Assembly (NCBI GenBank): GCA_964655705.1 | Contig: CAZZPP010000005.1 | Span: 10,035 to 74,034, forward strand | Direction: 5' to 3' | Source: an uncultured Candidatus Saccharibacteria bacterium | GTDB lineage: Bacteria; Patescibacteriota; Dojkabacteria; SC72 | Length of the DNA stretch: 64,000 nt | In this document: in pieces, positions 58,876 through 64,000 of the stretch | Position numbering within the stretch: the first letter of the stretch is position 1 | Layout of the letters: the number at the start of each line of letters is the position of its first letter | The notes under the pieces: model-generated | Databases searched by the model: none | Told to the model about the DNA's origin: nothing | What the model saw: the letters and a program-made list of their open reading frames with translations, nothing else | Program-made: the position numbers and the translations under genes

Positions 58876-58956
58876 ATTTAAAATATATCATACAAATATT
58901 TGAAATTAAAGTTAATACCCTTTAATATAAATATATATTAATTATTTATTCTCTTT

Positions 58957-59799
58957 ATGGAATTTATCAATGGAGAAAAATATCTGTGTATGTTAGCGCC
59001 ATCATTTGTATCTATGTATGAATATCCAGATATTGTATACAGACTTAGGGCATTAGGATTTCAAAAGGTAGTTGAGGTTACATTTGGTGCAAAGATGACA
59101 AATAGTAATTACTACGAATTGCTCAAGGAGAGAAAAGATGAAAGAACATGGATTGCCTCTCCTTGCCCTACTCTAGTAAATTTAGTTAGAACAAAATATC
59201 CACACCTTGTTCCTAATCTAGTACCAGTACACTCTCCAATGGGTAGTATGGCGCTAATATGTAGGAAACATTTTCCAGGATACAAGATTGTATTTGTTGG
59301 ACCATGTATTACAAAAAAATTAGAAGCTAAAGAGTTGGGGAGTATAGATGAGGTCTTAACTTTTAAAGAACTTAATGATCTTTTTGTTAGATATAATATC
59401 CCTGAAAAGATTGGAGATCCAAAATACTGTATTACATTTGACAAATTGTATAACGACTATACCAAGGTATATCCCCTCTCAGGAGGTCTCTCTCAGACAC
59501 TTCAATATGGTGATATATTAAGAAAGAGGGATATACTGGTTACTGATGGAATTAAGAATATTTTAAAGGTACTTGATGGATTTAAGGAAGGTAAATACAA
59601 AGATTACAAATTCCTAGATATTCTTTCCTGTGAGGGAGGTTGTGTAAATGGTCCATGTATGGACTACCAATATTCACTGAAGGAAAGAATAAGGAGGGTA
59701 AAGAAATATAAGGAGTATGCAACTAGGTATGAGAAGGATTTGGGTAGAACAGGTAAGAAGATTGATGCTGATGGTATTAGTTTTAAGAGAGAGTTTTAA
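58957..59799 (+). CDS. Minimal [FeFe]-hydrogenase H-domain-only protein
   Basis: LAPS, EVTFGA, IASPCP (L1), VFVGPCITKKLEA (L2) and ILSCEGGCVNGP (L3); 280 aa, no ferredoxin domain. Confidence 0.82.
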   Translation: MEFINGEKYLCMLAPSFVSMYEYPDIVYRLRALGFQKVVEVTFGAKMTNSNYYELLKERKDERTWIASPCPTLVNLVRTKYPHLVPNLVPVHSPMGSMALICRKHFPGYKIVFVGPCITKKLEAKELGSIDEVLTFKELNDLFVRYNIPEKIGDPKYCITFDKLYNDYTKVYPLSGGLSQTLQYGDILRKRDILVTDGIKNILKVLDGFKEGKYKDYKFLDILSCEGGCVNGPCMDYQYSLKERIRRVKKYKEYATRYEKDLGRTGKKIDADGISFKREF

Positions 59800-59816
59800 T
59801 TTCTTAATGTTTAAAC

Positions 59817-60257
59817 ATGAATGAATATATGGGTATTGCTATTAAAGAAGCTAAAAAGGGTATGAAGAAAGGCCATGGGGGACCCTTTGGGGCCGTAATT
59901 GTTAAAAATGGTCAAGTTATTGCTAGTAGTCATAATACTGTTTTAAAGGAGCATGACTCAACTACTCATGCTGAGATGAATGCTATTCGAATTGCGTGTA
60001 AGAAATTAAAAAGTTTTGATCTATCTGAATGTGAAATGTATACAACTGGTCAGCCATGCAAAATGTGTATGGGTGCAATTAATTGGTCTAAGATTAAAAC
60101 AGTCTTTTACGGTAATACATATAGAGATGCTCTTAATATGGGTTTTGATGATGAGAAAGGTAATAACAGAGATTTAAAGATGATTAGGTTGGATAGTGAA
60201 CATACTGTTAAATTAGTTGATGAATGGAATAATTCTGGCAAGAAAGAAATATATTAA
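59817..60257 (+). CDS. Zn-dependent nucleobase deaminase (GuaD-like guanine deaminase)
   Basis: GGPFGAVIV, HAEMNAIR, PCKMC and GFDD motifs. Confidence 0.85.
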   Translation: MNEYMGIAIKEAKKGMKKGHGGPFGAVIVKNGQVIASSHNTVLKEHDSTTHAEMNAIRIACKKLKSFDLSECEMYTTGQPCKMCMGAINWSKIKTVFYGNTYRDALNMGFDDEKGNNRDLKMIRLDSEHTVKLVDEWNNSGKKEIY

Positions 60258-60318
60258 TATGTTTGACTTTTTTTTGTTTAAAATATACCCTATTCAATAA
60301 CCTAAATATCTTACATAC

Positions 60319-61986
60319 ATGTGCAAGTACATATTTGTTTCTGGTGGAGTAATTTCTGGAATTGGGAAGGGTATTTCTGCTTCTTCAATTGCTTTCATTC
60401 TTAAGTCCTATGGTTTTAAAATAACCATGATTAAAGCTGATCCTTACCTTAATGTTGATGCTGGAACAATGAACCCATTAGAGCATGGAGAAACTTTTGT
60501 CTTAGAGGATGGTTTTGAAACAGATATGGATATTGGTAGCTATGAGAGATTTGTTAATGAGTCATTCTCAAGACCTAACTCTATGACCTGTGGAGCTGTA
60601 TTAGAAAAAGTTATTAAAGATGAAAGATCCCTTTCATATGATGGTAAATGGGTGAGTCTAGACTATCATGTCCCTGACGAAATTATTAACTGGATTAAGA
60701 GTGTAACTAATGAATCTAAAGCAGATATAGCAATTATTGAGATTGGTGGTACAGTAGGAGAGATTGGTAATGCTCTTTTTTTGGAGGCAAACAAGGTTAT
60801 GAAAATACAAGACCCAGATGATGTGATACATATTCATGTCTCGTATCTTCCTGTTCCTGGTACATTAGGAGAAATGAAGAGTAAGCCTGTACAGATTTCT
60901 ACTCTTCTTTTAAATAGCCATGGTATTCATCCTGATTTTTTGATTGCTAGATCTAGGACAGGTATAGATGATGTTAGAAAGGAGAAACTCTCTAGGTACT
61001 GCTTTGTAAAAAAAGATTACATTATTTCTGCTCCTGATACCTCTTGTATATATGATATTCCAATTAATTTTGAGAAATCAAATATTGGGAAGAATATCCT
61101 CTCAGAATTGAAACTTGTGCCTAAAAAAACCTCTCTTCTTAAAGAGTGGAAGGTTAAAACAGAGAAAATGAAAAAGATTAAGAAACAGATTCATATTGGT
61201 ATAGTGGGGAAATACTTTAAAAGTGGTAAGTTTGATTTAAAAGATTCCTACGTATCTGTATTGGAAGCAGTTAATCATGCAGCATGGGAATTAGGTTTTG
61301 ATGCAAGGATACATTGGATTGTAGCTGATGATTTAGAAAAGGACAAAGGGTTGGAGAAAGAGATTTTAAAGATGAATGGATTAATTGTACCACAAGGATG
61401 GGGTAGTAGAGGGGCAGAGGGTAAAATTAGGGCTGTACAGATTGCGAGAGAGAACAAAATTCCGTATTTAGGCCTTTGTTACGGTATGCAGATGGCTGTA
61501 ATTGAGTTTGCTAGACATATTTTAAATATTAAGGATGCTAATTCTGAAGAGGTTAACCCTAAATCTAGAAATTTAGTTATACACTTAATGGAAGAGCAAA
61601 AGAAACTTCTTAAGGATGGTAAGTATGGAGGGACTATTAGGTTAGGTGCATGGCCTTGTAAGATTAAGAAGGGCTCATTGCTTGAGTCTTTGTATATTAA
61701 ATATGCTAATGAACTATTTAAAAAAATGCCTACAGTGATGGAAAGACATAGGCATAGGTATGAGTTTAATAATGAGTTTGCAAATTCCTTAGAAACATCA
61801 GGTTTAATACTTTCAGGTAAAAGCCCATATGGACAATTGGTTGAGGCTATCGAGTTAGATACAAAAGTACATCCTTTTTTTCTTGCTACTCAATATCATC
61901 CAGAGCTTAAGAGTAGGTTTCTGTCTCCTCATCCAATATTTCTTGGTTTTGTATCTGCAAGTTCAAAAAGAAAGATTGATATTTAA
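60319..61986 (+). CDS. pyrG: CTP synthase
   Basis: SGGVISGIGKG, DPYLNVDAGTMNP, LGLCYGMQ, ERHRHRYE and QYHPE motifs. Confidence 0.97.
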   Translation: MCKYIFVSGGVISGIGKGISASSIAFILKSYGFKITMIKADPYLNVDAGTMNPLEHGETFVLEDGFETDMDIGSYERFVNESFSRPNSMTCGAVLEKVIKDERSLSYDGKWVSLDYHVPDEIINWIKSVTNESKADIAIIEIGGTVGEIGNALFLEANKVMKIQDPDDVIHIHVSYLPVPGTLGEMKSKPVQISTLLLNSHGIHPDFLIARSRTGIDDVRKEKLSRYCFVKKDYIISAPDTSCIYDIPINFEKSNIGKNILSELKLVPKKTSLLKEWKVKTEKMKKIKKQIHIGIVGKYFKSGKFDLKDSYVSVLEAVNHAAWELGFDARIHWIVADDLEKDKGLEKEILKMNGLIVPQGWGSRGAEGKIRAVQIARENKIPYLGLCYGMQMAVIEFARHILNIKDANSEEVNPKSRNLVIHLMEEQKKLLKDGKYGGTIRLGAWPCKIKKGSLLESLYIKYANELFKKMPTVMERHRHRYEFNNEFANSLETSGLILSGKSPYGQLVEAIELDTKVHPFFLATQYHPELKSRFLSPHPIFLGFVSASSKRKIDI

Positions 61987-62006
61987 TTTTTTAAATAGAT
62001 TTTACT

Positions 62007-62867
62007 ATGGAAGTAAAGAAAGCCATTATTACAACAGCAGGATACTCTACTAGGTTTTTACCAGCATGTAAAAGTATCCCTAAGGCTATGTTACCCATCT
62101 TGGAAGTTCCCATTATCCATGAGTTAGTAAAGGAGTGTATAGAGGGGGGTATAACGGATATCATATTGGTTACTTCCTTTGGGAATGATGCTTTGGAGGA
62201 TTACTTCGATAGTAGACCTGATTTAGAAACTCATTTAGTAAATACCAAAAAGGAGGAGAGGTACAAGAGATTTGGTGAAGTTTTTGGTAAGGCCAATGTC
62301 ATTAGTGTAAGACAAAATAGATCATTACCATACGGTAGTGGTAGTGCAATACTTGCTGCTCAACCCTGGATATCAAATGGAGAGCCTTTTGCAGTAATCT
62401 ATGGTGATGATTTGGTATTATCTGATAAGTCAGCAATTGGTCAATTAAAAGCGATCTTTGAGTCTAAGGGTGATATTGGTGGTGTTATTGCTGTGCAGAA
62501 GGTATCCAAAGAAGACATTTCTAAATATGGGAGTGTTAAGTTTAAGAATGAAAATGACGGTCTAATTGAATCCATTCTAGAAAAACCTACAGAACAAGAA
62601 GCTCCATCACTATTAGGTTCCTATGGTAGGTATATTGTTTCCTATGACATATTTAATTACCTACACACAGGAGTTCTAATTAACAATGAGTTGTATTTTT
62701 CTAAAGCAATTGATGATATGGCCAAGCAAAAGGATGTATACGCAAAGGAGATTGATGGGCAATGGCTTACTACAGGAGATCCCCTTAGTTATACAAAAGC
62801 AGTTATTAAGTATGCTATGAGAAGGGACGAGTACAGAGAAGAGATAAAAAAGATTGTTAATTCTTAA
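62007..62867 (+). CDS. galU: UTP--glucose-1-phosphate uridylyltransferase
   Basis: KAIITTAGYSTRFLPACKSIPKAMLP, EPFAVIYGDD, LEKP and GRY motifs. Confidence 0.88.
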   Translation: MEVKKAIITTAGYSTRFLPACKSIPKAMLPILEVPIIHELVKECIEGGITDIILVTSFGNDALEDYFDSRPDLETHLVNTKKEERYKRFGEVFGKANVISVRQNRSLPYGSGSAILAAQPWISNGEPFAVIYGDDLVLSDKSAIGQLKAIFESKGDIGGVIAVQKVSKEDISKYGSVKFKNENDGLIESILEKPTEQEAPSLLGSYGRYIVSYDIFNYLHTGVLINNELYFSKAIDDMAKQKDVYAKEIDGQWLTTGDPLSYTKAVIKYAMRRDEYREEIKKIVNS

Positions 62868-64000
62868 TATATATCTTTAAATCTACTGCTACTACCCTAC
62901 TCTCTGTAAGAATAATGGGGTTCATATCTATACTATATATCTGGGGATAGGTAACTAACATTCGTTGTACCTTGTCAATCATTTCAATTAGTTTAGCCTT
63001 TGCTAAAGGTGGTTTCCCCCTGTATCCATCAATGATCTTAACTACATTTGTGGAGTTTAATTTGTTAGTAATATTTTTAATACTCTCTGGTACTAATATG
63101 TGCTCAATATCTTTAAAAACTTCTGTATATATTCCACCCTGACCAATTGCAATTAGATGACCAAAACCTAGGCCTTGCTCTTGATATATATCAATACCAC
63201 CCTGTCTATTAGCACCTATGAAGAATTCTACCTTAGGTTCTATCATCTCTTGTATCAGAATCTCAGGAGATTTCTTACCAATAGCTTTCTGAATGTTATT
63301 TGAGAGGATTTCAAACTTCTCTTGTAATTCAGATATAGTCCTTATATCAAGGAATACTCCCTTAAAATCAGTTTTATGTGCTAAATCTTTAGAAGTTGCT
63401 TTAATAACTACGGGAAAATGTTTACTAGCAAAAGTAATAGCATCATTAATATTTGCAGTTATTAACTGGAATGGGAGAGAGATACCAACCTCTTTGGCAA
63501 TCTTCTGGGCAATGTCATCGGTAAGAACTGTAGGTTCATCTTTAAGTTCCTCTAGTAGAGCTTTCATATTTCTTCCCTTAGAGAGTAAATCAGAAGATTT
63601 TCTAATACTATGGGTATTCTTTGAAATCATGTAACTAGTAATCATACCTATTAACCTCATTGTATCTTCAATATTATTTGATACATACATACCATATGCT
63701 CTCAGTATCTTATTCCCATCCTCAATATCATTTCCTCCTAAAAAACATGAGAATATTGGTTTAGATGTCTTTTTTTGTATATCTACAATAATTTTTGCAA
63801 CACCAGTTATATCTGTAACAAGTTGAGGAGTAAGAATTACTACCAATGAATCTACACTAATATCTTCAAGTAATGTGTTAATTGTATATTCATATCTATC
63901 AAGAAGTGCATCCCCTAATATATCTACAGGATTATTAATATTTGATTGAATGGGAAGATAGGTTGCTAACTTCTCTTTAGTTTTCTCACCAATTTGTGCT
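62857..64000 (-). CDS. ADP-forming acetate--CoA ligase family protein (5' part outside the window)
   Basis: Frame is open to the window edge: ...NINNPVDILGDA...VVILTPQ...FPVVIK...HKTDFKGV...IQEM...IDMNP. Confidence 0.88.
   Translation of the reverse strand, partial: AQIGEKTKEKLATYLPIQSNINNPVDILGDALLDRYEYTINTLLEDISVDSLVVILTPQLVTDITGVAKIIVDIQKKTSKPIFSCFLGGNDIEDGNKILRAYGMYVSNNIEDTMRLIGMITSYMISKNTHSIRKSSDLLSKGRNMKALLEELKDEPTVLTDDIAQKIAKEVGISLPFQLITANINDAITFASKHFPVVIKATSKDLAHKTDFKGVFLDIRTISELQEKFEILSNNIQKAIGKKSPEILIQEMIEPKVEFFIGANRQGGIDIYQEQGLGFGHLIAIGQGGIYTEVFKDIEHILVPESIKNITNKLNSTNVVKIIDGYRGKPPLAKAKLIEMIDKVQRMLVTYPQIYSIDMNPIILTESRVVAVDLKIYIKN

Overview
This is AT-rich bacterial chromosomal DNA read with the standard genetic code; TGA is used as a stop in umuD, umuC and the ORF at 52143. 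The gene mix suggests a CPR/Patescibacteria organism, possibly Dojkabacteria-like. That assignment is inferred from the archaeal-type cmk, secG followed by a peptide-binding protein, many salvage genes, many orphan membrane proteins and the absence of Shine-Dalgarno motifs. The window carries cell-wall genes (murB, murG, ftsW, glmS, nagZ, dgkA, and a D-Asp ligase plus Asp racemase), four tRNAs (Leu-TAA, Cys-GCA, Leu-CAG, His-GTG), iscS-iscU-mnmA, umuDC, pyk, prs, pyrG, galU and an ADP-forming acetate-CoA ligase. It also encodes a heliorhodopsin and a 280-aa minimal [FeFe]-hydrogenase-like protein. The strongest signals are non-coding. (1) An unannotated, highly structured ~245-nt RNA with its own TTGACA-17-TAGTAT promoter and terminator (32297-32541, minus). 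(2) A second ~95-nt promoter-driven structured RNA (40825-40921, minus). (3) A terminator-containing leader of unknown class in front of an ABC importer-upp-TudS(DUF523) operon that looks like a (thio)uracil scavenging system. (4) A variant glmS ribozyme with substitutions in its core. (5) A GTATACC-N3-GGTATAC palindrome shared by the umuDC promoter and an orphan gene. Many genes appear to be leaderless. No CRISPR array, integrase or transposase was seen. All RNA structures were folded by eye and all protein calls come from motif recognition; no searches were run.
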